A stretch of 64,000 bases of DNA from Candidatus Saccharimonadota bacterium (GCA_026395435.1 JAPLYT010000012.1:86332-150331), one strand, 5' to 3'; positions 36,760-45,907 are shown, numbered from the stretch's first letter. Notes: generated from the sequence alone by a model not told the origin. Translations and numbers: made by a program.

Positions 36760-38277
36760 CTATTGGTTGAACAGGTCAGGATAGATTGTCTTTGTGACTT
36801 CATCTATTTCACTTCGAAGCTGCGGGAATGGCACTCCTTCGCGGGCTGTTACACCTTCGAATATCCAGAATACTCGTTCCGCATAACCCCAGCCACAAGC
36901 TGGTGGCATGCCATATTCAAGCATTTCAACATAGTCAATATCAAGCATCATAGCTTCTTCGTCACCAGAATCGCGCATATCTTGTTGTTCCAAGAATCTA
37001 TTTAATTGGTCGATAGGGTCATTTAATTCACTAAAGCCGTTTCCTAACTCACTCCCAGCAATGATTGGCTGGAAACGCTGCACCGTATTGGGGTTATCTA
37101 GATTTGTCTTTGCGAGCGGGCTAATAAATAATGGGGTATTAACCAGCCAGATAGGGCCTGCTACATCTTTACGGATATTCTTCCAGAGCTTATCAATGCC
37201 ACGGGCCTTGTTCTCAGTCTGCTCAACTTCAAGTTTGTTGTTCAAAAGGGCCTGCTTAACCTGATCGATAGTGCAATCAAATACATCAATGTCGTAACGT
37301 TTTTTAATAATCTCAGCATAGTCCCATTGCTCCCACTTTTGTGAAAGATCTATATCAAATTTACCGAGCTTAAACTGTAATTTTCCAAATGTTTGTTCGA
37401 TTACATAACGATACATGTCTTCCATGAACGACATACCCTTTTCCCAATCCCAATATGCAGCGTACCATTCCATCGCAATATGCTCAGGTAGATGTTCATC
37501 GCTATAGTTCTCGTTTCGGAATCGGGGCCCAAGATCATACACTTTCTCATACCCTGCACCGATGAGTCTTTTGAGGGGAAGTTCATGACTAATTCGCAAG
37601 TAGAAGTCCTGATCTAGGGCATCCATATGAGTTACGAAAGGATTCGCATCTGCTCCGCCGGTGGTATGCTCAAGAACTGGTACATTGATCTCTATAAAGC
37701 CTTCTTTGTTCAGGTAGTCACGAGTGGCTTGCCAGAATTTACTTCGACGAATAAAGCGGTCATATACGTCTTTATTGACATTCATGTCGACATAGCGCCG
37801 GCGCAAACGCTCTTCTTTGTTCGAGAATCCATCTTGTGCAGTAGGCATCGGGCGGAGACTCTTAGTCAGGATACGAAGTTTGTGAACTGTAATTGATTTT
37901 TCGCCCGTTTTACTAGTTGCAGCAACTCCACTAACAGCAATAAAGTCACCTGAATCAAGTAAATTAAGATGTTCAAAACCGAGCTCACTGTCGGCATAAT
38001 TAGGCCTCTGGACCTCATCTTCGCTCATGAATAACTGTATGGTGTCTTGAACGTCTCGTATGACAACAAATGCTATTTTGCCAAATTTACGGATATTAGT
38101 GATCCGTCCAGCTATCGTAATTCCCTTTTTGCTATTTTCAAGATTTTCATAATCTTCTAAAACGTTTCCTACCGACATCTCACGGTGAGATGTAGCTGGA
38201 TATGGGTTTACTCCGAGATTTCGTATCTCTTCTAGTTTCCGTAATCGCTCGTCGCGAAGTTCTTTAAGTGTTGCCAT
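36760..38277 (-). CDS. lysS: lysine--tRNA ligase (class II)
   Basis: 505-aa ORF with an N-terminal OB anticodon-binding domain and class II motifs (FRNE, GxGxGxDR-like at the C-terminus). Confidence 0.95.
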   Translation of the reverse strand: MATLKELRDERLRKLEEIRNLGVNPYPATSHREMSVGNVLEDYENLENSKKGITIAGRITNIRKFGKIAFVVIRDVQDTIQLFMSEDEVQRPNYADSELGFEHLNLLDSGDFIAVSGVAATSKTGEKSITVHKLRILTKSLRPMPTAQDGFSNKEERLRRRYVDMNVNKDVYDRFIRRSKFWQATRDYLNKEGFIEINVPVLEHTTGGADANPFVTHMDALDQDFYLRISHELPLKRLIGAGYEKVYDLGPRFRNENYSDEHLPEHIAMEWYAAYWDWEKGMSFMEDMYRYVIEQTFGKLQFKLGKFDIDLSQKWEQWDYAEIIKKRYDIDVFDCTIDQVKQALLNNKLEVEQTENKARGIDKLWKNIRKDVAGPIWLVNTPLFISPLAKTNLDNPNTVQRFQPIIAGSELGNGFSELNDPIDQLNRFLEQQDMRDSGDEEAMMLDIDYVEMLEYGMPPACGWGYAERVFWIFEGVTAREGVPFPQLRSEIDEVTKTIYPDLFNQ

Positions 38278-38354
38278 TGGTTATCAAGTATACCTGACTC
38301 AAGTCCTTAGTGCCAGGTGCGATTAATACAACTTGGCTTCAAAATATTCGTCAG

Positions 38355-38816
38355 CTATGAAATATCTACGATCTTGTAGGTCGTGGTTTCGGCTGGAGTG
38401 ACGATTTCGACACTATCGTTTTCTTTTTTACCGAGCAAGGCCTGACCAATTGGAGATTCATCTGAGATCTTACCATTAAGTGGGTCTGCCTCAACAGTAC
38501 CGACAACCTGGAACTCCTTAGTCACGCCTGATTCGCTCTTAAGCTTTACTTGTGAGCCAATCTGCACTTTGCTATCGCCTTTTGGCTTTTTGATAACTTC
38601 TACGTTTTGAAGTATATTTTCAACTTCAGCAATTCGAGCTTCGCATCGTTCTTGTTCAAGACGGGCTGAGCTATATTCAGCGTTCTCCGCTAGATCACCA
38701 AACTCCCGAGCAGTTTTGATTCGATCCGCTATTGGACCTCGTTCTGCCGTTAATTCAGCTAATTCTCGTTCTAATTCTGTTATACCATCTTTTGTTAGTA
38801 AGAATTGTTTTTTCAT
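38355..38816 (-). CDS. greA: transcription elongation factor GreA
   Basis: 153-aa ORF with an N-terminal coiled coil carrying acidic-tip residues (GDLAENAEY) and a C-terminal FKBP-like domain. Confidence 0.92.
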   Translation of the reverse strand: MKKQFLLTKDGITELERELAELTAERGPIADRIKTAREFGDLAENAEYSSARLEQERCEARIAEVENILQNVEVIKKPKGDSKVQIGSQVKLKSESGVTKEFQVVGTVEADPLNGKISDESPIGQALLGKKENDSVEIVTPAETTTYKIVDIS

Positions 38817-38915
38817 ATTCTTCCCCTTAATTTCTGATCAATCTTGATTAATTATTCTAATTACTGGCCTAGTTTACTTTGTTAATAGCAATAATGCTAG
38901 CTAATAACTGCTTAA

Positions 38916-40343
38916 CTAATAACTTTGAGCAAACAACCACTGTCTGGTAGCTGGCTCTCCAGTAAAGAAGTCCACTCCGTTTCCCTCTGGCCAGTCTATA
39001 GGACTACAGCTAGACTTTGCTTTCGTCTCTTCTTTTATTTTTTTCTCTATATCTGGGTTATCGTTCCAGTAAACCTTAATATATCCTTTGTGTTCAGCTA
39101 ATATTTTCTTAAACTCATCATAATTCTTAGCTTCGCGTGTATTTTCTTCAATAAAAGTTTTCGATTGCAATAGCATGGTTGACTGGATTTCATCAAGCAA
39201 CTTTTTAACATCGTCTACTAGATTCTTTCTATCTAACGTAACTTCTTCTTGGGTATCACGTCTCTTTACCGTAATGGTTTGTGCTTCTACTTCTTTTTCG
39301 CCAATTTTAAATATCAATGGTGCTCCTTTGACTTCCCACCTATTCAATCTAAAACCAAAGCTAGAATCACCGCGCGCATCAGTTTTAACTCGAACATTTA
39401 TGCTCGTTAATACATCGCTGATTTCCTTGCAATAATCAAGCATTTTGTCTTCAGCTCGAACAGGGACGATTGCAATCTGTACAGGCGCCAACTTTGGCGG
39501 CAAGCGTAGACCATTATTATCGCCATGGGCTAATATCAAACCCCCGATAGATCGCGTCGATAGCCCCCAGCTTGTTTGCCAGACATAAGTATCGATCGAG
39601 TTCTGATCTTGAAATTTAACATCAAACGCTTTTGCAAAGTTCTGGCCTAGATCATGCGAAGTGCATGATTGCAGAACTTTTCCACTTGGCATCATCGTTT
39701 CATAGCTAAGAGTAGTATCGGCCCCAGCAAATGTTTCTGCTTTAGACTTATAGCCTACATATCCGCTCATAGCAAAATATTCTTTATAGAGATCTGAGTA
39801 TGTCTTCATAGCCCATTCTTGCATTGCTTTAGCTTCTTCGTGTGTAGCGTGTGCAGTATGGCCCTCTTGCCAAAGAAACTCACTCGTTCTAATAAAAGGC
39901 ATCGTCCTCTTTTCCCAGCGTACTACACTTCCCCATTGATTTATTAAGATCGGAAGATCGCGCCAAGAATGAACCCATTTTGAAAATGAGCTATACATGA
40001 TGGTTTCACTAGTTGGTCTAACCACGACAGGTTCCTGCAATTTCTCGCCACCACCATGAGTTACTACTGCAAGTTCAGGTGCAAAACCTTCCACATGACT
40101 TTTTTCTTTTTCCAAGAAGGACATTGGAATGAACATAGGAAAATACACATTCTCAACGCCTTTTTCTTTAATACTTTTATCTAGAGTTTTCTGAACTTGT
40201 TCCCAAATTGCATATCCATAGGGCTTAAAGATCATTGTCCCTTTTACAGGCCCATAGTCAGCCAAATCAGCAAGCTGTATAAGTGTCGTATACCAATCTG
40301 ACATGTCGCCTGTCTTCTCTGGAAGTAATTTCTTTGATGTCAT
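38916..40343 (-). CDS. proS: proline--tRNA ligase (archaeal/eukaryotic-like type, no INS editing domain)
   Basis: DMSDWYT...RPTSE.. class II motifs and the C-terminal tail ...AQSY. The start at 40343 has AGGAG 7 nt upstream; the track ORF extends to 40358. Confidence 0.93.
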   Translation of the reverse strand: MTSKKLLPEKTGDMSDWYTTLIQLADLADYGPVKGTMIFKPYGYAIWEQVQKTLDKSIKEKGVENVYFPMFIPMSFLEKEKSHVEGFAPELAVVTHGGGEKLQEPVVVRPTSETIMYSSFSKWVHSWRDLPILINQWGSVVRWEKRTMPFIRTSEFLWQEGHTAHATHEEAKAMQEWAMKTYSDLYKEYFAMSGYVGYKSKAETFAGADTTLSYETMMPSGKVLQSCTSHDLGQNFAKAFDVKFQDQNSIDTYVWQTSWGLSTRSIGGLILAHGDNNGLRLPPKLAPVQIAIVPVRAEDKMLDYCKEISDVLTSINVRVKTDARGDSSFGFRLNRWEVKGAPLIFKIGEKEVEAQTITVKRRDTQEEVTLDRKNLVDDVKKLLDEIQSTMLLQSKTFIEENTREAKNYDEFKKILAEHKGYIKVYWNDNPDIEKKIKEETKAKSSCSPIDWPEGNGVDFFTGEPATRQWLFAQSY

Positions 40344-40364
40344 TAGTTTTCTCCTCATGTTATT

Positions 40365-40823
40365 CTACCTTACAATTCTAATTCTAGTCATATCGAACAT
40401 GCCTATTCCTAATTTTGCTGCCTGCCACCGAACAGCATCTCGGCTAGCCAATGTTTGACTATGACGAAATCTGTAGTTAGTTCTCAAAAATTCACTACCA
40501 ACATTACTCAAAGCATTTCTGCCTGCGTGATGGGCAATCCTACGTGAAACAGCCTCTAATTTATCAAACTCATCTATTCCGTCTCCGAATATATTGCCCA
40601 GTGTCTTTGTCGCGTCGGCGTCTAATTTACTGGCTCTTGTTGCCATAACATTTAGTGACTTTAGGCCAAGCTCACCCATCATTACTGCCTCTGCCAGGCC
40701 AACACCTTCAACAGTATCACCTCTTTTTAGGACGCCTCCGGCTAGCAAGAAATCCTCGGCCACATTCCGCCAACCAAAGTCAATTAACGCCTGGGTGTCT
40801 TCTAATATTCTTTCTTTACTCAT
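40365..40823 (-). CDS. hypothetical protein co-oriented and nearly contiguous with proS
   Basis: 152-aa ORF with AAGGAG 7 nt before the ATG. It is probably helical. I recognised no motif and it does not look like YbaK/ProX. Confidence 0.6.
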   Translation of the reverse strand: MSKERILEDTQALIDFGWRNVAEDFLLAGGVLKRGDTVEGVGLAEAVMMGELGLKSLNVMATRASKLDADATKTLGNIFGDGIDEFDKLEAVSRRIAHHAGRNALSNVGSEFLRTNYRFRHSQTLASRDAVRWQAAKLGIGMFDMTRIRIVR

Positions 40824-40851
40824 AGTTATCTCCTTATCAACATCAAGAAAT

Positions 40852-40873
40852 AAAAAATCGGCCCGGAGGCCGC
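40852..40873 (-). terminator. intrinsic terminator/attenuator hairpin upstream of the 40823 gene and proS
   Basis: Minus strand: CGGCC-UCCG-GGCCG (40872-40859), then A and U6 (40858-40852). Confidence 0.6.
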
Positions 40874-40907
40874 TCTTGATGCTGATGATTTAATTTTTAT
40901 GGTAAAT

Positions 40908-40976
40908 CTAGCCAAGCCTCCGGTGACGAATCGGTGCTGGGGGAGTAATAAATGTTACTAGATTAAATGTAATCAT
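40908..40976 (-). CDS. candidate 22-aa leader peptide MITFNLVTFITPPAPIRHRRLG
   Basis: The ATG at 40976 lies 7 nt after a -10 hexamer, suggesting a leaderless mRNA. Pro codons are at 40943-40938 and 40934-40932. The TAG stop is at 40910-40908. The ORF's 3' end contains the antiterminator strand. Confidence 0.4.
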   Translation of the reverse strand: MITFNLVTFITPPAPIRHRRLG

Positions 40977-40983
40977 AAACAAT

Positions 40984-41012
40984 ATTTTAACACTATTATT
41001 TCTATTTGACAA
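40984..41012 (-). promoter_or_regulatory. sigma70-like promoter TTGTCA-N17-TAAAAT
   Basis: The -35 is at 41012-41007 and the -10 at 40989-40984 (minus strand), with a 17-nt spacer. It overlaps the stop codon of the CPBP protease gene. Confidence 0.5.
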
Positions 41013-41841
41013 TATGAAATACGAATATACTTAAAAAAGCGATGCCATTTTTAAGAGCATGAAGCGTTATTGACGACCAAAGACTGCCGGTTTTTTCACG
41101 AAGAGCAATTAGGAATAGGGATAACACAAAAGTGTCGATAGCTGCCACCCAAAGGAGTGGCTCTCCTGTCCCTGCCTGTAGATGAGCCATGGCGAACAAA
41201 CCACTCGTCACAATTACGGCTACTGCTGCGGGTGCGCCTTTCTTTAGTCCCGTATACAAAAACCCTCTCACCATGAGCTCTTCTGCAAGTGGGGGTAATA
41301 CAACAAGACTTATGAAAACCAATGGTAGTTGAATATCCATCACACTCTTAAAGCCAATCTGTTGTTCTTGATCAAGATTCAGAGACGGAATTACTGCTTT
41401 TAGCAGTGACGTTGCAGCCATATAGGCTAAAAAATACCCAATAAGTGCGAGTAAGGCAAATCCAACATCACTATATTTTGGTCGTCTTCCTAATCCGATT
41501 GTTTTGAGTGTTGCCGATCGTCGCCGTAAAAACCAGATGAGTAAACCTACTGTAATCACTTCGATTAGGAGTACGGCAATAAACTGACCAACCGCATCGT
41601 TACTGATCCAATCAACAATCCTATTTTTATCCCAACCAAAAAGCGCTGGAAACCCAAATGCTATGAGGCTCCCAATAATTTGTCCTGCAAAATAAATGAA
41701 TAGCGTTACACCGACCGACTCTATAGGTGACCAAGTAAAACGTTTTTTAGCTCCTTCTTCTGTTTTTCTGTGTCTTCCGAAGAATGCTACGAGTCCATAA
41801 AGTGCAATTATATACAGCGGTGTTGCCCAGCTAAGTTGCAT
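41002..41841 (-). CDS. CPBP family intramembrane glutamic endopeptidase (CAAX protease-like)
   Basis: 279-aa polytopic ORF with EELMVRG, FAMAH and HALKN motifs. Confidence 0.85.
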   Translation of the reverse strand: MQLSWATPLYIIALYGLVAFFGRHRKTEEGAKKRFTWSPIESVGVTLFIYFAGQIIGSLIAFGFPALFGWDKNRIVDWISNDAVGQFIAVLLIEVITVGLLIWFLRRRSATLKTIGLGRRPKYSDVGFALLALIGYFLAYMAATSLLKAVIPSLNLDQEQQIGFKSVMDIQLPLVFISLVVLPPLAEELMVRGFLYTGLKKGAPAAVAVIVTSGLFAMAHLQAGTGEPLLWVAAIDTFVLSLFLIALREKTGSLWSSITLHALKNGIAFLSIFVFHIVK

Positions 41842-41880
41842 AGTGATTTCCTTCAGTTATTACTGTGGTATGCATAATTA

Positions 41881-43011
41881 TTATTTCCATATAAATCTTT
41901 GGACATCTACGAAGGTTATTAATACAAATAAGATCATAAGTGCTACGAAGCCAGACCCGTGAACTTTTTCTTCGGTCGATTGCTTCAAAGGTTTACGAAT
42001 AAGTCGATAGAACAGTGTGAGATATAACCTTCCACCGTCTAGCGCCGGGATTGGCAAAGCGTTCATGATTGCTAAGGTCAATGAAATGACAGCTATTATC
42101 ATAAGTATGAATCGGATGCCAAGACTGCTGTTGTCTTTTAGAATAACGAATATGCCTATTGGCCCTGATACTTGCTTACTTGCTTCCGAACCATGGCCTC
42201 GCGCGGCATTGCCTACCATCGACCCAAGAGCTCGCATTGTCTCTACAGTGATCTGCTTTATAAGACCCGCAGCAACGATAGGTGCAGACCATGTTGATCG
42301 TCTCATTGTTAATTCAAACGGTGATATGCCCAAGTAACCCTTGGGTTCATTAGTCTTTTTACTTGCCACTACCTCCGCTTGCGATAGCAGTTTTGCATTG
42401 AGATTCGAAGTTTTTTTGTCTCGAACAATTTCAATTACGACATCTTTACCAGCCAAAGATTTTGTCGCTTTGGGGAGATCATCTGTCGACATAATCGCGT
42501 ACGTTTTCCCGCCTGAAGTCAGCCGGGTAATTTGATCACGCTGTTTTAAGCCAGCTTTTTCTGATGGCGAATTTTTTTCAATAGATCCGACAAGCACCCG
42601 ACTATTCGATATCTTCGTATCCGATCCAACAGTAAATTGATTTTCAATTATTTTGGGTAATCCAATGAGAGCCAAGAAGGTAAACAGCGCAAATGCTGTC
42701 AGCAGGTTCATTAATACGCCGGCGATCATGACCTGAACCTTAACACCAAGAGGAGCGGCGCCAAAACTGCCCCTGGCAGTTGCTGAATCATGCTCACCTT
42801 TGAGGCGGACGAAACCACCCAAAGGCAGCCAGTTGATCGTAAATTCCATACCACTTGCAAGTTTCTTACCCCAAGCTTTGGGCGGGAAACCTATGCCGAA
42901 TTCTTCGACATCAACGCCTCCCTTACGGGCAGCGAGATAGTGCCCATACTCGTGTACAACCACCAAACCCATGAACATTATTAAACCCAAAATAAGTAGA
43001 AATACTGACAT
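41881..43011 (-). CDS. rseP: site-2 protease RseP/RasP (M50 family, PDZ-containing)
   Basis: 376-aa ORF with HEYGH in TM1, a PDZ domain (SPSEKAGLKQRDQI) and NALPIPALDGG (the LDG motif). Confidence 0.9.
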   Translation of the reverse strand: MSVFLLILGLIMFMGLVVVHEYGHYLAARKGGVDVEEFGIGFPPKAWGKKLASGMEFTINWLPLGGFVRLKGEHDSATARGSFGAAPLGVKVQVMIAGVLMNLLTAFALFTFLALIGLPKIIENQFTVGSDTKISNSRVLVGSIEKNSPSEKAGLKQRDQITRLTSGGKTYAIMSTDDLPKATKSLAGKDVVIEIVRDKKTSNLNAKLLSQAEVVASKKTNEPKGYLGISPFELTMRRSTWSAPIVAAGLIKQITVETMRALGSMVGNAARGHGSEASKQVSGPIGIFVILKDNSSLGIRFILMIIAVISLTLAIMNALPIPALDGGRLYLTLFYRLIRKPLKQSTEEKVHGSGFVALMILFVLITFVDVQRFIWK

Positions 43012-43048
43012 CCCTCAAGTATACAATATTGGTTGTGCCTTTTGGTAT

Positions 43049-43765
43049 TTAATTACCAAAACGTCGTTTTCTGCGACCAAACTCAGCCAAAGCTATCTCG
43101 AGATCAGAAACAGTAAAAGCCGGCCAATAGGTGTCGGTAAAATACAATTCACTGTACGACACCCGCCAGAGCATAAAATTACTCAGTCTCTTTTCGCCTG
43201 ATGTTCGTATCATAAAATCAATCGGAGGAATATCTGCCCCGTAAAGATTTTGCTCAATATCTTGCGCTGTAATTTCTTGTTTTGTAGGGTCGTTTTTGAG
43301 GGCACTGTTAACAGCTGCTACGATCTCCTGTTGCCCACCATAGTTAAGGCATAAAGCAAGTGTCCCGGCTGTATTATTCTTCGTTAGTTCCTCGGCCGAT
43401 GTAATAGCTTTTATAATCTGATCACTCAGTTTGTCATTTGAACCAAGGAATCGAACTCGGATATTCTCTTTATGGAGTTGCTTGACTTCTGTCTTGGCAA
43501 TTCTAAGCAGGAGTTTCATGAGATAATCTACCTCTTGCTCGCTCCTGTTCCAGTTTTCTGTAGAAAATACATAGGCAGACACATATTGAATTCCCTGCGC
43601 TATTGCCTCTATGCCGATTGTCTTGAGATTTTCGTAGCCCTTACGATGGCCTTCAAGTGTTGGCAGCCCATTTTCTGTCGCCCAGCGTCTGTTGCCGTCA
43701 AGTATGAGCCCAAGATGCACAGGAGTTGTAGATGATTTTTTGGTCAAACTTACACTGCCTTTCAA
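43049..43765 (-). CDS. uppS: isoprenyl transferase (undecaprenyl diphosphate synthase)
   Basis: 238-aa ORF with HLGLILDGNRRWA, FSTENW and RTSGE.RLSNF motifs. Confidence 0.93.
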   Translation of the reverse strand: MKGSVSLTKKSSTTPVHLGLILDGNRRWATENGLPTLEGHRKGYENLKTIGIEAIAQGIQYVSAYVFSTENWNRSEQEVDYLMKLLLRIAKTEVKQLHKENIRVRFLGSNDKLSDQIIKAITSAEELTKNNTAGTLALCLNYGGQQEIVAAVNSALKNDPTKQEITAQDIEQNLYGADIPPIDFMIRTSGEKRLSNFMLWRVSYSELYFTDTYWPAFTVSDLEIALAEFGRRKRRFGN

Positions 43766-43785
43766 TTTTTGCGCCCTCTCGGATG

Positions 43786-44346
43786 CTAGATTTTCATGAT
43801 TTCGGCTTCTTTAGCCTTACCGTTTGCTTCAGCATCTGATTTTGCTTTAGCCATGTGTTCATCAACCTGGCTAGCCAAGCGTTTTGCATCGTCCTCACCA
43901 ATAGACTTATCTTTTTTAGCGGCATCAATAGCATTCAAGGCGTCATGTCGCACTGCACGCATAGCAATCATGCATTCTTCAAGCTTAACACCTACTTGCT
44001 TGGTGATCTCACGACGACGCTCTTCATTCAGAGCTGGAATTGCTACTCGTACTACACGGCCATCATCACTTGGGTTTAAGCCCAATGATTGCGCATCGCG
44101 AATTGCATTTGCGATAGCCTGAATACTGGTGGGATCAAATGGTGTAATTTGCAATAATTGTGCTTCTGGAGCAGTGACGTTTGCAACTTGATTCAGGGGC
44201 ATACTACTGCCGTAGACTTCAACCATTATCCCATCAAGCATACCGGCACTTGCGCGGCCTGTTCGAAGCTTTTTTAGCTCATCTTTAAAGCGTTCTACCG
44301 ATTGAGCGAACTTTGTTTGTGCTTGCTGTACGATGTTTTCATTCAT
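43786..44346 (-). CDS. frr: ribosome recycling factor
   Basis: 186-aa ORF with the typical pattern LRTGRASAGMLD..V..YG and P.LNEERRRE. Confidence 0.95.
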   Translation of the reverse strand: MNENIVQQAQTKFAQSVERFKDELKKLRTGRASAGMLDGIMVEVYGSSMPLNQVANVTAPEAQLLQITPFDPTSIQAIANAIRDAQSLGLNPSDDGRVVRVAIPALNEERRREITKQVGVKLEECMIAMRAVRHDALNAIDAAKKDKSIGEDDAKRLASQVDEHMAKAKSDAEANGKAKEAEIMKI

Positions 44347-44372
44347 ACCAATTAGTATACCACTCCCAGTGA

Positions 44373-44969
44373 TTAGGCTACTTCGCCAAGTGCAATTCTG
44401 CTGAAGCGGCGAACGACGATGTTTTCACCCATCCGAGCATTGGCATCTTTGACGATTTGACCGACACTTAGATCAGGGTTCTTAACAAAAGGCTGTTCTA
44501 GTAAGCATCGTTCTGCAAAATATTTTTTAAGCATACCTTCGACGATATTTTCGAGCATTGCGTCAGGCTTACCTTCCGATTTTGCTTTTTCGGTAAATTC
44601 AACTTTTTTCTCTTCTCGAGCCTGGGCAGGAATTTCTTCCATACTGAGGAATTCAGGAGAAACGGCAGCAATATGCATGCCAAGATCTTTAACGAGTTCT
44701 GCAAATTCATCAGTTTTGGCAACAAAGTCGGTCTCACAGTTTACTTCGATCAAAACACCGATACGGCCATCATGATTGTATGTTCCAATGAGTCCTGCTC
44801 GAGCTTCTCTCTCGCCACGTTTTTCGGCCTTAGTAAGACCTTTTTTTCGCATTGCTTCGAGTGCTTTATCGAAATCACCATCTACTTCTTCAAGCGCTTT
44901 TTTGGCGTCGGTTAGTCCAACCCCAGTGAGGCTTTTTAGTCGTTTGATGTCTTCAATTGCAACTTTCAT
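44373..44969 (-). CDS. tsf: translation elongation factor Ts (short form)
   Basis: 198-aa ORF with an N-terminal UBA-like region (IKRLKSLTGVGLTDAKKALEE), then LIEVNCETDFVA. Confidence 0.93.
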   Translation of the reverse strand: MKVAIEDIKRLKSLTGVGLTDAKKALEEVDGDFDKALEAMRKKGLTKAEKRGEREARAGLIGTYNHDGRIGVLIEVNCETDFVAKTDEFAELVKDLGMHIAAVSPEFLSMEEIPAQAREEKKVEFTEKAKSEGKPDAMLENIVEGMLKKYFAERCLLEQPFVKNPDLSVGQIVKDANARMGENIVVRRFSRIALGEVA

Positions 44970-45703
44970 TTATCTTCTCCATCCTCTTTTTTATCTGCAA
45001 CTGGTGCAGCTTTCTGTTTTGCTTTACCTTCGGCAATTGCGCTCTTAATGTAATCAAGAATAAGTTGAATCGTCTTGATTGCGTCATCATTTGCCGGGAT
45101 AGGATACGTAATATCTGATGGATCAGCATTCGTGTCAGCAATCGCGATTGTCTTAAGGCCTAGTTTTTTAGCTTCCTTGAGCGCATTGGTTTCGTTAATT
45201 ACATCAACGACAAACACAGCTCCTGGGCGGGCAGCAAGATCTTTGACACCACCATACAAGAAGTTCATCTGATCAATCTCTTCCTGGAATCGTTGAATTT
45301 CAAGCTTATTGTATTTAGCTTCAAGTTGGCCATTTTCCATTCGAGCTTCGATGTCTTTGAGGTGCTTAATTCGCTCACCAATAGTTTTCTTGTTTGTGAG
45401 CATTCCACCGAGCCATCGCTCTGTGACAAACGGCATTCCTGCTTCTTTGGCAGCTAACTGGACGATGTCTTTAGCTTGTCGCTTAGTACCAACGAAAAGT
45501 ATTTGCTTGCCTTCAGAGACTGTCTTTGTGATAAATGGCAGTACTTCTTCGAGAGCTGTCACTGTTTTAGTTAAGTCGATAATATGAGTACCGTCTCTTT
45601 TGCTATGTATATACTGTGCCATTTTTGGGTGCCAACGGCTTGTCTTGTGGCCAAAATGTGCGCCAGCTTGTAGTAAATCTTTAATGTCTACTTCTGTAGC
45701 CAT
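44966..45703 (-). CDS. rpsB: 30S ribosomal protein S2
   Basis: 245-aa ORF with LLQAGAHFGH, ILFVGTKRQA and ERWLGGMLTN motifs. Confidence 0.97.
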   Translation of the reverse strand: MATEVDIKDLLQAGAHFGHKTSRWHPKMAQYIHSKRDGTHIIDLTKTVTALEEVLPFITKTVSEGKQILFVGTKRQAKDIVQLAAKEAGMPFVTERWLGGMLTNKKTIGERIKHLKDIEARMENGQLEAKYNKLEIQRFQEEIDQMNFLYGGVKDLAARPGAVFVVDVINETNALKEAKKLGLKTIAIADTNADPSDITYPIPANDDAIKTIQLILDYIKSAIAEGKAKQKAAPVADKKEDGEDK

Positions 45704-45866
45704 GATTAGTAAATCCTTTCACTTCGATAGTTGGTTGCCTGGTTTCATCCCGCGAGGACGAATCAGGAGGATTATTCCATCTATCTGATTAATAATAAGT
45801 ATTCATATACTACCAGGTAACCACCTCTGTTGCAACCCTAATAATGCGGCTGAGCTGTAAACATGA

Positions 45867-45895
45867 TTGACGTATCCACCCCTGATGTGTATAAT
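45867..45895 (+). promoter_or_regulatory. sigma70-like promoter TTGACG-N17-TATAAT for rpmE
   Basis: The -35 is at 45867-45872 and the -10 at 45890-45895, 12 nt before the ATG at 45908. Confidence 0.6.
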
Positions 45896-45907
45896 TTAGC
45901 TCTGATT

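Noticed and set aside
45704-45860. A structured autoregulatory leader upstream of rpsB
   Set aside because: The leader is about 150 nt and has short palindromes (GTTGCAAC, GGTAACC) and weak stems. I saw nothing resembling a known S2-binding leader, so the evidence is insufficient.
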